From contig NC_087439.1 of NCBI RefSeq assembly GCF_036321535.1, positions 65,472,001 through 65,536,000 of the forward strand: a DNA stretch of 64,000 nt. The letters are read 5' to 3'. Origin of the DNA: Camelus dromedarius (lineage: Eukaryota). The position numbers and the translations under genes were made by a program. Below are positions 24,180-37,091 of the stretch, piece after piece. Under the pieces are notes generated by a model. That model searched no databases and was not told where the DNA came from. It saw nothing but the letters and a program-made list of their open reading frames with translations. How positions within the stretch are numbered: position 1 is the first letter of the stretch; every line of letters begins with the position of its first letter.

Positions 24180-25420
24180 TGGCATAGTCATAGAAAACAT
24201 TCTTCATAAATTTACATTCTAGTGAGGAGATGGAAAATTTACAAATAGACATAGCATATCATGTCAGTTGTGTCTTGGAAATGCCAAGTACTTGAAGGAC
24301 CAACCAGGGTAAAGATATAGAAGGGAGAGGAGTGAAAGCTGCTCTAAAATGGTGATATTTAAATGAAGATCATAACCCAGTGAGAGATCCCTCCATGGAA
24401 ATGCCTGTGTTAATAGAGTTCTAGGCAGCAGGAACAGCAGATGCAAAGTCCTCAATCAGGCACGGGTTTGATATGTTCTGGAACCAGAAAGGGCCAGTGT
24501 GGCTTGAATAGCAAATGGGAAGAAGAAGCACATGGACGTGAGTAGATAGCCACTGATCAAATCACATGTGGTCTTAAAGGCTGTAGAGAGATTTGTGGGG
24601 TTTTCTGATATATTAAGGGAAGTTTTGGAAGATTTTCAGCCAGGAAGTGACACGGTCTGACTTGAAGAGGAGTAGTGGGGAAACCAGATAGGAGGCTATT
24701 GCAATCATCTGGGTGTGAGATGTAGTGACCTGGACTAAGGTAGTAGGTGGGAAATTGGTAAGAAGGAGTTGTATTTGGTTAGGTTGAAAGTAGAAATTTT
24801 TTAGAATTTACTAAGAAAACAATGGGGTAGAGAGAAAAGGGAGACTCAGGGGTGATGTCAAAGATTTTGGCTTGAGCAACTAGGTGAATGGCAGTATTAT
24901 TTTATTATTATTATTATTTATTATTAAGATATAGAAGAAAAAGTGATGAATTGATTTATGTATGGAATGAGATCTGGTTGTGTTTGACATATTATATATG
25001 GCTATGAGGTAGCCAAGTAGAGATGTCAAGTAGATAAGCATGGAAGTCAGAGGAGGAGGACAGAGCAGGGCATATAACTGTGAGGATCATTAGTTGTAAT
25101 GAGGATGGCATTTAAAGTGATGTTACTGAATAGATCACTTAGGGTTTAATGTTGGTGGGAGATGAAGACCTAGGGAACCCCAGCATTTAGAGATTAAGAA
25201 GAGGAAGTAAATACAACAAAGAAAGATGAGCAAAGTCAACTTCAAAGTGGGAGGAAAACCAGGATCATATTGTGTCCTGCAAACCAAGTGTGGAAAATAT
25301 TTCTGCTGTGTACAATCTTCCTGAGAGGTTGAGTAATATGAGAATTGAAATGGAACAGTGGATTGAGCACCATGGAGGTTACTAAGATCTTGAAAAGAAA
25401 AGCACTAGGAACAATAGCCA
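24180..25420 (-). mobile_element. L2 LINE (long 3' fragment)
   Basis: ctaggcagcaggaacagcagatgcaaagtcct...ggaggctattgcaatcatctgggtgtgagatg...ttttggcttgagcaactaggtgaatgg, all hallmark reverse L2 motifs. Confidence 0.9.
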
Positions 25421-26058
25421 GATTAAAGTGGGAAGGGGAAATAACACATCATTACTTCTCTTTAAAGCATCTGCATTTCAGTCAAATGGCAAAAGGGCTT
25501 CTCTATGCAAAGATTCTATAAATTCATGATAAAGGACATTGCAACAGAACTATTTTAGACTAAATTTTGGCTGAGGCACTATAATGGTAGATGTACAATC
25601 CACAGTGAAATGTGAGACGTAAAGAAGGTTGTAGCAGAATATTTGTTTTTATCATTGGTTGATTGCCTACCTCTAACGGATCTTGAATAGGCTAAGAAAA
25701 TAGATGATTGGAAATTTAAAGGGAATTTTTGCATAGAGTATTGGTGTTCTATGGTTCTTCTAAACAACAAAAGACAAGGTGCTTTCCTTTTCTTTCAGAT
25801 AAGAAAAAGAGGTTGTAAGGAAATGACGTGGAGAATTTAATACATTGCCTTCACTATGGCTGTGTCATGCCTGAGAAACTCAAAGAGCAAGTCCTGGGCT
25901 GGCTTTTTGGTGATGGTAGGAAGGAGGTTGCTGTTGCTTCAGAGTCATCCTACACTCTCAAGTTCAGCAAAGCAAAGCTCTGTATTTCTTTTATGCCATC
26001 ACTGATAGAGGCCATGTCAGAAGAAAGTGTGAACTTGTCTTTGTTCTTGCCTAAATCT

Positions 26059-26310
26059 TGTATCAGTTAGACTTTGCTGTGTAACACACCAATCAAAATG
26101 TCAGTGGCTTAAAATAGAAAATGTTTATTATTTTCGTGGGTCAGCCACATGATTATTCTGTGGTCAGCTGGCAATTTGGCTGGGGCTGGATTGCCTAGAA
26201 TAGCTTCATTCACATGTCTGGTCATTGGCTAGATGTTAGCTAGGGTGATGGTGATAATATCGCTCATCTTTTAGCAGGCTAGCCAGCACTGTTCATGTGG
26301 TAGGGGTCAC
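26059..26310 (-). mobile_element. MaLR LTR (MLT1F/G/H-like) 3' part
   Basis: tgtatcagttagactttgctgtgtaacacacc...cagtggcttaaaa...tcatcttttagcaggctagcc. Confidence 0.8.
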
Positions 26311-27354
26311 AGGGAGAACTGAAAATTTCCAAGAGTAAGTTTTCCTTATGCCCCTTAATTACTTTAAAATTTTTTCTTTGTATAGGTTTTATATGTTAAT
26401 TGCAATTTTATTCCTCAGTTATTTACATTTTTGTTAGTTACTATCAACAATAACATAATGATGAAGTTAACATTTACTTTTTGATATTTATTAGCAGTTT
26501 ATTTTGGAATAAATAGTCAATATTAAAAATATCATACGTGATTATAAAAAATAAAATGCATCATTTAATTTTCACTTTATTGAATTTGATACATATCTGT
26601 AAGACCTGCTTAGTTATTTTTATTTAGATTCTCATGTTTTGGATCTACTTTAGTGCTAAGTGCATAGAGATTAGATTGTCACCAACTATTATGTTTCTAT
26701 CTATTCCCACTTACATTTTTTACAGTTTTATTTTAATGATCTGTAATTTGATGTATAAATATTACTGACAGGTAGCTTATGTGATTTACTCTCATTTATG
26801 ATTATAAAATATTTTTATTTTTCTTATTTCAGGATTGTTGCCTTGAACTCAAGCTTATAGTTCCCTGCTTACATTGTTATTTTTATAGGTTTCTTCAAAC
26901 TTGGTGAAAGTTTGGTAATTCATACTTTTTCATAATTCAGACAAAAAAATTAAGCTAACTTTATATTTAGTTAATGACATATTTTCATAGACCATTTAAA
27001 TTATTTACCAAATTATAAATTTATTAAATTGCTTATCAAATTACAAGGATTAATCTTCTAAAATTTGAAGAGAATAAATTTTTCTAGTATCTTGAAAATT
27101 ATATTTGATTTGCAAATGGATGTTTAAACAGCTACACTTTCCACTTGCCCTAAGAACATTTTCTTCTTTGACTTAAGGTGAATCTTAAAGACAGAAATGT
27201 GGCTAAAGATTTTGCTAGAAACTATATAAAATAATTCAAATATTAGAATAGTGACACTTATCAAAGATTTTTGTCCTCCTTACAACAAGCACCACACAAG
27301 AACTGTGAATATACTAGTTACAAATCAATAGTATCTATTCAATAATATAACCAT

Positions 27355-27580
27355 TATTTGCTCAGCCCTTATTCTGTGCACTTAACATTGTGTTAAGCAT
27401 TTCTGCCAATTATCTAACTTAATTCTCACAATGATACATGAAGCAAGTATTTTTTATTTTTATTTATAGATGAGAGAATTGAGGCTCAGAGACGTAAAGT
27501 CTCAAGGTGACTCAACTAATAAGTGGCAGAAGTAGGGTTTGAACCCAGGTCGGTTTGATGCTAAAGAGCACGCCCTTCAT
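27355..27580 (-). mobile_element. MIR SINE
   Basis: tttatagatgagagaattgaggctcagagacg...gtggcagaagtagggtttgaacccaggtc. Confidence 0.9.
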
Positions 27581-28097
27581 CAGCTTGGCCCCTGCATTTG
27601 ATATACCCTTCCTAGGCGACAACTTGAGTGAATAAAAGGCTGTTAGCTTAATAAGGAGAAATATGTTTACAGAAAACAACATAATATTATTCAAGTATAT
27701 GATTTGGGGTTTTTGTTAGGTCAGGTAGACAGGTCTTTTGGCTAGGGTAAATTTAAGGTTTCACTATTAGAATTTTTTATTATAACATTATTGAGGATTG
27801 AATGATTTTAGAGCTTGAATTATATCCTGATCTAAAAAACACTGATTTTATCTAAAAATAAAAAACAATGATGTAAACAATTTGCAAAGTTTTCAGTGTA
27901 ACTACATTATGCAAATATACCATTTTTGGGCCAGTCTGAAAACTCTGCCATGAAAGTCTTAGATGATGCTCAAATCTCTAAGAGTGGTAGCGCTGGCTTT
28001 CAGTGATCCCCTTAATCGACAGCGGGTGCACAGGGCAAGGGGAGTTTTTCCAAGGCTGAGTCTAATGAGAGGCACGAAGTTCTGCTGTTTGGGCCAC

Positions 28098-28116
28098 TGG
28101 TGCCCTCTGCAGGTCA
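28098..28116 (-). promoter_or_regulatory. CTCF-binding motif
   Basis: Minus strand TGACCTGCAGAGGGCACCA fits the CTCF consensus TGGCCACCAGGGGGCGCTA, with only commonly tolerated substitutions. Confidence 0.6.
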
Positions 28117-28176
28117 GATGAATGCTCTACAGCCTTAAAAAGTCGCTCTCTTAATGCAATGGAAGCATTGAGTCAA

Positions 28177-28380
28177 ATTGCCTCATAGTGAGTGGCATTG
28201 TCTGTCTGGCCTTTGACTGGGTATTAGCTGGGGTGATGGTGATGACGTGTCTCTCATCCTTCAGCAGGCTAGCCTGGGCTATTCACATGGTAGTGGTCAC
28301 AGGGAGAATGGAAAATTTCAGAGAATATGTTTTCCGAATGCCCCTCAATTGGTTTTTTATTTTTTTCTGTATATAGGAGT
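28177..28380 (-). repeat. Diverged duplicate of 26190-26390 (MLT1 piece plus flank)
   Basis: Both copies share gggtgatggtgat...tcatc.tt.agcaggctagcc...gtcacagggagaa..gaaaattt...gttttcc..atgcccct.aatt. Confidence 0.8.
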
Positions 28381-28521
28381 TATATAACTATAATGCAACA
28401 CTCCTATAACAACTTTTTAAGTTGTTCAGTTAAGTCAGGATGATTTTTTTAAAAAGGGAGTGGAGACACAGAGCTGGAGATGGCACGAGTAGATTTTTCT
28501 TTATGTAAATCCAAGTCTTTG

Positions 28522-28760
28522 AGAGGCAGCATGGCATACTGCAAAGAACACGTTCCGAAATGAGAGCACAGGGATCAGATCCTGGCATTCTCATTGGCTA
28601 GCTTATGACTTTGAATGTGTTATTAAACATCTCTAAGCCTCAGTGTTCTTATATGTGAAATGGAGTTAATGTCTTCCTTATGGGTTTATTGTAAGAATTA
28701 ACTAAAATAAGTGATGTAAAGCGCATGGTATACAGGACTTCTGAAAGTATTTATTATTAC
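28522..28760 (+). mobile_element. Near full-length MIR
   Basis: gagaggcagcatggcat...ctctaagcctcagtgttcttatatgtgaaatggagttaat...gatgtaaagcgc. Confidence 0.85.
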
Positions 28761-29254
28761 TGGTCAATTAAGTTTTAAAATTTTATGTGAGCAAGCTAGG
28801 GTGAGGATGGAAGGGTTGGGGTTTTTGGAAGAAAGTAGGCAAAAAGGAGGAAGGTCCTACACAATCTTCATTGAAAATCTATCTCAGTAAAGTGTATTAA
28901 ATATATCTGTGTCATGTATAAAAATGGATAAAAAGGACACAAAATATAAATGCATGTTTCAAGTACAATTAAACAAAAGCCATGTAAGGTCAATGTTATG
29001 CATATTTTTTTCTAAATTAGAAACTTAATTTTGCAGTCTTTGTTCAGGGTCAGACTAACTATTGGTTAGGTTTATTTACAACCTTTTTCTGATTTTCTGA
29101 CAAAGACTAATTTGAAACTCCCTAACTATGGTAAAGAGACAGCCTCTAGCTTTGTTTTCTTATGTGTCGTATGGAGAATTAACAGCATTCTAACCCCAGT
29201 AAAGTTTTGGTTTTGCTTTTTTAAGGCTAAATAAGAAATTCATATAAAAACACC

Positions 29255-29460
29255 TAAGACATTATCTTGGACATGGTTATAAGTTCTTCACATATAATAA
29301 CTACTTGGCACAACAATCTTTCAATGAATGGACTATTAGTTTCTTCATTTTTCAAAAGAGGAAACCAAAGTAGAAAGAATTTTAACAAATTGCCAAAGTT
29401 GACCCAGTTTATAGGTGTTGGACCCAAATCCATCTTGGGCATTCTGATTCCAGTATCTGT
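29255..29460 (-). mobile_element. MIR SINE
   Basis: ttcattttcaaaagaggaaaccaaag...aacaaattgccaaagttgacccag. Confidence 0.7.
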
Positions 29461-29957
29461 ATGCTTTACTGCATATTAAACCTTGAAAAATTTTGATTAA
29501 GTGCTGTTTAAATTAAGGTATCATTATTAGGATTAATATTAATCAGGTCATTATTTTTCACACTCAGCTAAACTACTTCATGTATTAACAAAGTTAATGT
29601 GAACAGCAGGGGACCATTTAGGGTGATCAAAATTAAGTATTATTCTTAATTTTCGTCTGGATACCATAATTTTGGCACCATTAAAATCAGAACAGGATGT
29701 GATATTTCTCTTCTCTTAAATAGATTTCATTTTCTTTGGTTGCTTAAGTTTTTCTGTAACTTTATGCCACAATTGTACCTCCTGATGGCAGTGGTACCTT
29801 GAGTTATGATGTTTAGGGCAGGAAATAGGATTCAACTAAAGTGATTTTTTGAAGTTGAACTTTGATTAAAGGTCTTTCCAAGATCTAGTACTTAAAAAAC
29901 AAACAGGGTGTGTGTACATATTTGGAAGAATTAAATAAATAATTAAATAATTTAACT

Positions 29958-30215
29958 ATCTGAGTCTGTTTAGGCTGCTATAACAAAACACCATAGACTA
30001 GGTGGCTTGTAAACATCAGAAATTTATTTCTCACCATTCGGAGGCTGGGAAGTTCTAGATCAAAGTGCTGGCAGATTTGGTGTCTGATGAGGGTGGCTTC
30101 CTGGTTCATAGGCAGCTGTCTTCTCACTGTGGCTTCACGTGTAGGAAGTGGGGACGGAACTCCTTGTCATCTCTTTTCTAAGGGAATTAATCTCATGATC
30201 TAACAACCCCCCTTT
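29958..30215 (-). mobile_element. MaLR LTR (MLT1A/MST-like) 3' part
   Basis: gtctgtttaggctgctataacaaaacaccatagactaggtggctt...ggaggctgggaagttctagatcaaagtgctggcagatttggtgtctg. Confidence 0.9.
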
Positions 30216-31659
30216 TCTGCCAGTGCAGTGTCACAAACTGTGCCATTAGATGGAAAATGTTCCCAGCATCAGGTACAAATGGACTGTTCTGTTTTATGCA
30301 GAAACCATTTTTGAATCTTATCTTCAAGATTTTATAATGTGCTTGATTGATATTCTGCTCATGTCTCCCACTTCTCATTTTCACTGTCATTTAGATCTTT
30401 AAAAACTGTGTTTACCATTATTTTAATGAAATCTCGGTTTGGAGGAGGGATATACAAATAAAATGGTTATCAAATAGCAGTGTAAGCTACATAATGCTTA
30501 AGCCAGAGATGATGTAAGGAGGAGCTTTTAAAAGGAAGAGAATGCCTATCGTCATAGGACCAGTGAATTTGAGGGCTAGAAGTGTTTCCTTTATTTTACA
30601 AATCAGTTTTTACAAAACAAGGTAAAATAAATTGTCTAAAATCACACAATTGTTAGTATCAGTCTAGAATGAGTGGCAATTCTAGCTGAGGTGATTCTTT
30701 ACTTCTTACTTGATGACAGTTGATCTTAAAGGTCCCTGATGATGGTTTTTGCTTAGAACATGGTGCACCTGGCACCTATACGTGACTCAAATCAATAAAG
30801 ACTTAAGATATTTTATTGTTAGTTGGCCTGACTCTTGCTCTGTGCTTGCTATACTTTAAGCTTTTCATACTCTTCATACCCAGAGCAGGGAGAGCTGCAG
30901 ACTTTTTACTAAGCAAATCTCAAAATATTAGAGCAAGCTTATGGCTAATGCAGTTTTTCTTTTTCAACCAGAGATTCCATCTGAAAAAAAAAGGTCTCTT
31001 TTAAACTCCCTTTTAAAGAATAATTTATGGAGCAATATTTTATTTAATCATATTGCAGTTAAATTTGAGCCAGCGCTAATGACAATTCTAAGTTGTCCTT
31101 TTTATTTTTATTTTTCAAAACTTAAAATATAAGTTTGAGCCAATTTACCCAAGAGAAAGTATAAAATAATTTAAACATATAAAATCATAGTTTTCTATTC
31201 ATGTCAATAAGTAACAAGGGTACAGTGAGATATTTCAGTGTGCTTGGACACATTTTTTCAGCTGTAGAATTGCAAAGGACATCATACAATATGTTACTTC
31301 ATTAATCCACCTGAGGTTATATGACAAGGAGTACCTTGTTAGTCTGCCAACATGATGGGATTTAGATTTTGAGAAGTAAAGTAAAAACTGCAAGTCTAGA
31401 CTAATGCTTCTTTTCAATCAGTATTTTATAAGGAAATTAAAATTCCAGATCCTTCATAATTCTTCTCCAATATTATTATCTATAATCTTTTTGAGGTTGC
31501 ATTTTCAGATTTAATGCTTTCACATTTTAAATTCATAAAAACTAAAAGCTGGAAAAAGACCCAAACTCAACTTGCTAACCTTACAGTCAGGTAAATGAAG
31601 GCACTGAGATTTTAAATGGCTTCCTCAAATAGGCACACAACTAATTCCTGTAGCCTTGG

Positions 31660-31960
31660 TGATAACTCAGCACATTTTTAATATGTTGTAGTTTCATTTT
31701 CGTTCAAAATATTTAATTTTTTTCTTATAACTTCTTTGATTCCTGGTTATTTAGAAATATTTAATTTCTACACATTTGGGAATTTTTCAGATACCTTTCC
31801 TTTGTTGATTTATGATTTAATTCTGCTTTGGTCAGAGGATATACTTTACAGGATTTTCTTTCTTTCGCATATATCAGGAGTTTATTTATGGCACAGGATA
31901 TAGTCTATTGTAGTAAGAGTTCTGTGTACTCTTCAGAGGAACATATTTTTTGCCCGTGTT
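31660..31960 (-). mobile_element. Old L1 ORF2 fragment
   Basis: ttgttgatttatgatttaattctgctttggtcagagga...tttatggcacaggatatagtctatt. Confidence 0.75.
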
Positions 31961-31964
31961 GGAA

Positions 31965-32312
31965 GTCACCCCCTGTGGGTGATGCTGAACTTGCTGGGAA
32001 GCTGCTGTGCTGCCTGCAGGACTTTCTGGACGTCTTTGTCCATGTGTGTTACATGGAAACTCACTGGAAGTGAGCTCAACTGGGTGTCCCACTCGCTGTC
32101 TGAATACTCTAGGAGCAAGAAGGAAAAATAAGTACGCTGGAACAGGAAAGAGGAACCCTTTCCTCCTCCTGTTGTGCCCCTCAGGGTCCCTCTACTGGAG
32201 AAGCTTACCATCTTGCCAGCCGGGAGGAGACAATGTTTCAGCTCCAATTTCACAAGCAAGACAATGAAGAGGGGATTTGGAGCTGAGAGGCAGTAGGTTG
32301 ACATCTGGCACA
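31965..32312 (-). mobile_element. ERVL-type LTR (5' part; family not assignable)
   Basis: Minus strand starts TGTGCCAGATGTCAACCTACTGCCTCTCAGCTCCAAATCCCC, as in old ERVL LTRs. Confidence 0.65.
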
Positions 32313-33978
32313 CTTAAAACATGACTCTTGCTAACTTGTATTAAAATATCTTGTTTTCCTTGTTGCATTATATCAATAACAATCATCATCAACACCAAAT
32401 AGACTAGGAATTAAAATCCTTGGAATATCCACAAATAAGTAGAATCATGATATTTCCTGTAATTTTCATTTTTAATTTTCAATGAAATAAAACTAAGCTG
32501 TGTTATAAATAAATGGATTTATCAGTAGGTGGTGCTATATGCCTTCTATTTTAATTTTTTCCAGCAAGCTTAACAACATTTTGATTTCCCTTTATATAAC
32601 TGTTATATACCTTTAAAATTATAGAATACAATGTATATTTAAGCAATTTACAAAAATACTTAAAATTTAAGTCTTATTTGACAAACCAGGCACATGTTCA
32701 CAGAACGATAAAAACGCAAATAGGAAAAAATGCAAACAGTGAAGCTTTTGGAGCAGTACACATTCTGCCAGCTGTTGGTAAGTTCTTAATTCTGAGTTCC
32801 TCAGTTAGTATTTAAAAAAAGTAAAATTGATGGATAATACTAAAAATCACTCACAATACCTTTGTTGAATTAATTTATGGCAAGTGATGTCAGGAAAGTG
32901 GATGGCATGGTGAAATGGAGCATTGGAAAGAACTTTCTCCAATATATTTATATAATAAAAAATGTGAGTTTTAGTATAATAGACGCAATTCAGTTGTCAA
33001 AATGGAAATCAGTGTTGCCTAGAGTTTTCACAAAGGGTAAATAGTCAATTGATTATGCTGAAGATGAGAGCTGGACATGTGCTAAAGCTAGGAATTGGAC
33101 ATGTTTTACCACTGAAAGGAAGTAAGAATGAAACTGAGAAGTAATCAAATGTAAACGTTCATCAGCTTAAATACTTCAATGATCAATGCTTTATTGAATA
33201 CTAGTTTTCTATTTTACTCAAAATATATAGTTTCTCATATTAGGAAACGGAATATCATTTTGCTTTGGAGAGTACATATCATTTGTATGCTAAAAGTAGA
33301 GTGTAAGCTTTGACTTTCAAGATTTTGTAGAAACCTGTTCTCTTTAGTATACTGTGATACAGTATTCTTTTTGACAGCACTGTCCTAGTTATTTTGGGAG
33401 GGTTTTCAGTGGAATATATTTTATTATTTGTCCTCCAGTGGACAAATGTTCAATTTGTATGTAAATAACCTTTATGCATAAAACTCTCCAATACTTCATT
33501 TCCACTGGAATCTGTTACTGTTTCTGTGAGCACTGTGAAACCAAACCAAACTGTTAGATCTGCTTTTCTTGGTGTAACCTATGTAACAGAATTATGTGTG
33601 ATGCTTCTTAAAAATGAAGACTCCTGAGGGTGGAAGGTGGGAATCTGCCCCACAGTGAAGTCCTTTGAGGTGTCACTGCATTCTAGAATACCTTTTGTTC
33701 CTCCATTTCTGAATCTATAGAACCATGTACTCTTCTGTATGGCCTATACGCTACTGAAAAGGAAAGGGAAAAAAATCTATAAAGTATTATGACAACATAA
33801 TCACATCCAGTCATAACCACATTTGCCAAATTTACATATGAGTATACATGTATTCTCAAAAAATAGTCTGCACTGAATGGAAACCAATAACCATTTACAA
33901 CAGAGTTAGTATAAGGACATTTTCTGAATTCTAAATAGTTTGTAATTTTTTGAGCAATAACTAATTTAAATACTGATC

Positions 33979-34075
33979 TTTTTTTTTTTTAAATAGAGAT
34001 ACTGGGGATTGAACCCAGGACCTTGTGCATGCTAAACATGCACTCTACCACTGAGCTATACCCACCTCCACCCCA
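33979..34075 (-). mobile_element. Camelid tRNA-derived SINE (short form) with 20-bp flanking direct repeat
   Basis: polyT-aaatagagatactggggattgaacccaggaccttgtgcatgctaaacatgcactctaccactgagctataccc. agcaataactaatttaaata lies at 33953-33972 and 34076-34095. Confidence 0.92.
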
Positions 34076-34889
34076 AGCAATAACTAATTTAAATATTTAG
34101 AGTCATAGGTATATATGTGTGTGTTTTAGAGCCCAAATATCAAGCCATCATTATTTGAAAGAAAGTAATCTAAGTGGTTTCCTTTCCTAGGTTGTTTAAA
34201 ACCTTAATTATTTTTGTAAATTGTTTTTTTAAGATCTGAAGATGTTCCTTCAAATGAAATTGATTTGTCATTCCCAAAGAGGATTACTTCATCTTCCCGT
34301 ATCTCTGGACTGGCTTCTGTCTTTATTTTCTGCTATGAGATCTCATTCCATTTTTGCTTTGTTACAGCAATATTGAGAAATGCTAAACCCACTTCGAGTT
34401 TCTATAATTTCTTTAATGTCAGTTAATACAAAATTAAGAAGAGCAGAGGAGAAAATGCGTATTTCAGAAAGCTGAAATGTACATTTGAAATATGCCTAAA
34501 AATTATTATACTATCATGTGCTTTAATAATTAGTGTAGTGTGGTAATCATGGAGTGTGCTCTTTTTAAAAAAAACAGATTTAGCCCCGTCAGCTTCAAAA
34601 CCTGAGCTTTCCATTTTTTAAATAAGAGAAATGGAATAAACTTAGAGGCCAAATGTATAAGGTGATGCAATATAGTTTAAAATATATCCTAAGAATAACT
34701 GATATTTTTAACATTTTAACATTAACATTTATCCATGAGAAAGCAAGAAATATTTCTTTGTTTACAGAAACAGTAACCAAACCTTTTCCAAATGTGTGCT
34801 TTCTCTCCCTCTTCCTTCCTCTTCCCTTCCCTTTTCTTTCATTACTAAATACCTCTCCAGAGCAACTTAGTCCTGAAACTTTAGGTAGA

Positions 34890-35380
34890 GCAGAGAAATG
34901 TAGGGAAGGAGAGAGAGTCTGAGGAATGCAGAGGACGTCTGTGCCTTGAAGGATGGCTCAGGGCAGAGCCTGAGCAAGGACAGAGGAAGCTGGCATGAGA
35001 GGGCACCAGTGGTGGCAGAGGAGGGTGAGGAGGGCATCCTTGTAGGGAACAGACCTGATGCGGGGAATCGGAGCCCATGCTGGGTTACAAATGGTGGGAA
35101 GGAGGCACAGAATAGAAGTCTGAATGGACTGAGGAGGGTGCCCATATGTACCCAGAGTGGAGTGTCTGAGCTAAGGACTGTGGTGAATAGCGTCCCCACA
35201 GTGGGGTAGCACGACCTTGAGTTCCTAGCCCAAGGCAGGTGAGGAGAGCATGGACGTGGCAGTGGGAGATGGACTGGTGTGCAGAGTCATAGTCTGCAAA
35301 GCACATTTCTGAGCATCTGAAGCAGTCTTTGGAAGGGTGGTGGGCATCAAAATGGGTCACACATGTGGATTTAAAACAGT
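34890..35380 (-). mobile_element. Degraded L2
   Basis: Purine-rich reverse L2-like text (gagggcatccttgtagggaacagacctgatgc...gcagtctttggaagggt...aaaatgggtcacacatg). Confidence 0.5.
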
Positions 35381-36856
35381 AGGCTGAAAGTACTAAAATA
35401 TCAAATTTGTACTCTAGGACAAAATTCTTGCTCTTATGATTAGGATATAAAGTCATCATATGATGTTAATAACTGTTTTCAGTCCTTGGATTTTATGAAG
35501 CTCCACATTTTACAGTTTTCTCAACTGAGAATGTGTCAATGAGAAAGCAAGGGGTGTTTTGGAATAGTTGTCCAGGTCTCCCTGGTTTCTTAGATAAACA
35601 GTGATCAGCATCTTCCACCAGCAGAGTCCATCCTCATTAGGTCTGGGTATGTCTGAAAGTTCGGATACATCCCACAGATTTCCGCCTGTTTTCCCTTCCT
35701 GGTCTGTGAGACATAGGTGGCATTTGCCTCCCTAACACGATATACCAGAATGCACTTAACCTAATCTTTAAATGGGCACCCTTAACTATTCATGGTTTGC
35801 AGTCACTTACATCCTCCCTGCACTTCTACATCTCAAATATACAAATTCAAATACATGATAGTGGTTTCAGGACGAACTGTCATCTTTCATCCTACTATTG
35901 AATAACATCCCTTGCTCTACCAAACTCCCCAAAAGAGTCTGATTTTTCTGATTGCATAGCCCTTAAGACAGAAAACTTATTACTCACCAGATTGCCCATT
36001 CTGTTTTCAGTTAGAATGTTTTGGGTGATTTTGTTGTTGTTGTTTCCCTTGGAACAAAACTGTCACCCTGTATCTTTGGTCCATCAGAACTCATTCTATA
36101 CCTCAGGGTCACAGGAAACATAGTGTAATCCATCTTTCCCAGGACAGCCATTCAGACACCTAAAGCAGCATCTGCCCTGCTCACCACAATTTTGGTATTG
36201 ATGTAAGCCATTTAGTATTTCTGTCCATGAAAATTAGCTCTGCTTACTTTCTCTGCAATTTTTCTGTAAATCTAAAACTGTTCTAAATAAAAAGTTCCAT
36301 TGAAATTTACTGAATTGATTTTTAAATAAAAATATTACTTAAATATTTAATTCAAAGTATTAATTAATATGTACACTCATATACATAAATGCACCTTCAT
36401 TTTTTTTGTAGAAAAATTCTAAAATCCCACTTAAACTTACTGTGTAAGTTTAATAAGTCATTTAATTTCAGAAGACCAGTTTCCTTGTCCAGAAAATAAT
36501 ATTTTGGATTATGTATTTTCTAACTTCTATAAATATTTTTAATTTAATAAGTGGGACTTTTTTTTACACATTATTTTCAGTAGAATTTAGAAGTTACATC
36601 AAAGCATTCTAGATGTTAAAATGTAACTTAATAGTACTTCAATTAACTTTTCCCACAGTTTCCATAACATTCCACGTGATGGTGCTATGTTACTACAAGA
36701 AAATATTCAAATTTCCAATTTCATAAAGCTTGGCACTAATCATCTCATCTTTCATCTGTTAGGTTGCATTTATTTTTTCAAAAACTATGGAAAAGTACAT
36801 AGTTAATCAATCTAACTAACAAAGAAATTAACCTATGCTAAAACCACTATTTAAAT

Positions 36857-37057
36857 CAGAGGTTGGCAAACTTTCTGAAAGGTCCAGATATTAGGAAGTG
36901 CTATATTGTAGTCTCTCTTGCAATTACTCAGATACACCATTGTATCAGCAAAGCAGCCATAGACAATTCATGAATAAATGTGTGTGACTTTGTGCCAATA
37001 AAACTTTATTTACAAAAGCAAGTGGCTGGCTCATGGGCTGTAGTTTGATAACTCCTG
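36857..37057. mobile_element. MER58A (hAT-Charlie) MITE
   Basis: TIRs cagaggttggcaaac / gtttgataactcctg, internal gtgccaataaaactttatttacaaaa, 8-bp TSD atttaaat/atataaat (7 of 8 match). Confidence 0.9.
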
Positions 37058-37091
37058 ATATAAATTACAGGTGAAATTGAGCCTCCATTTA

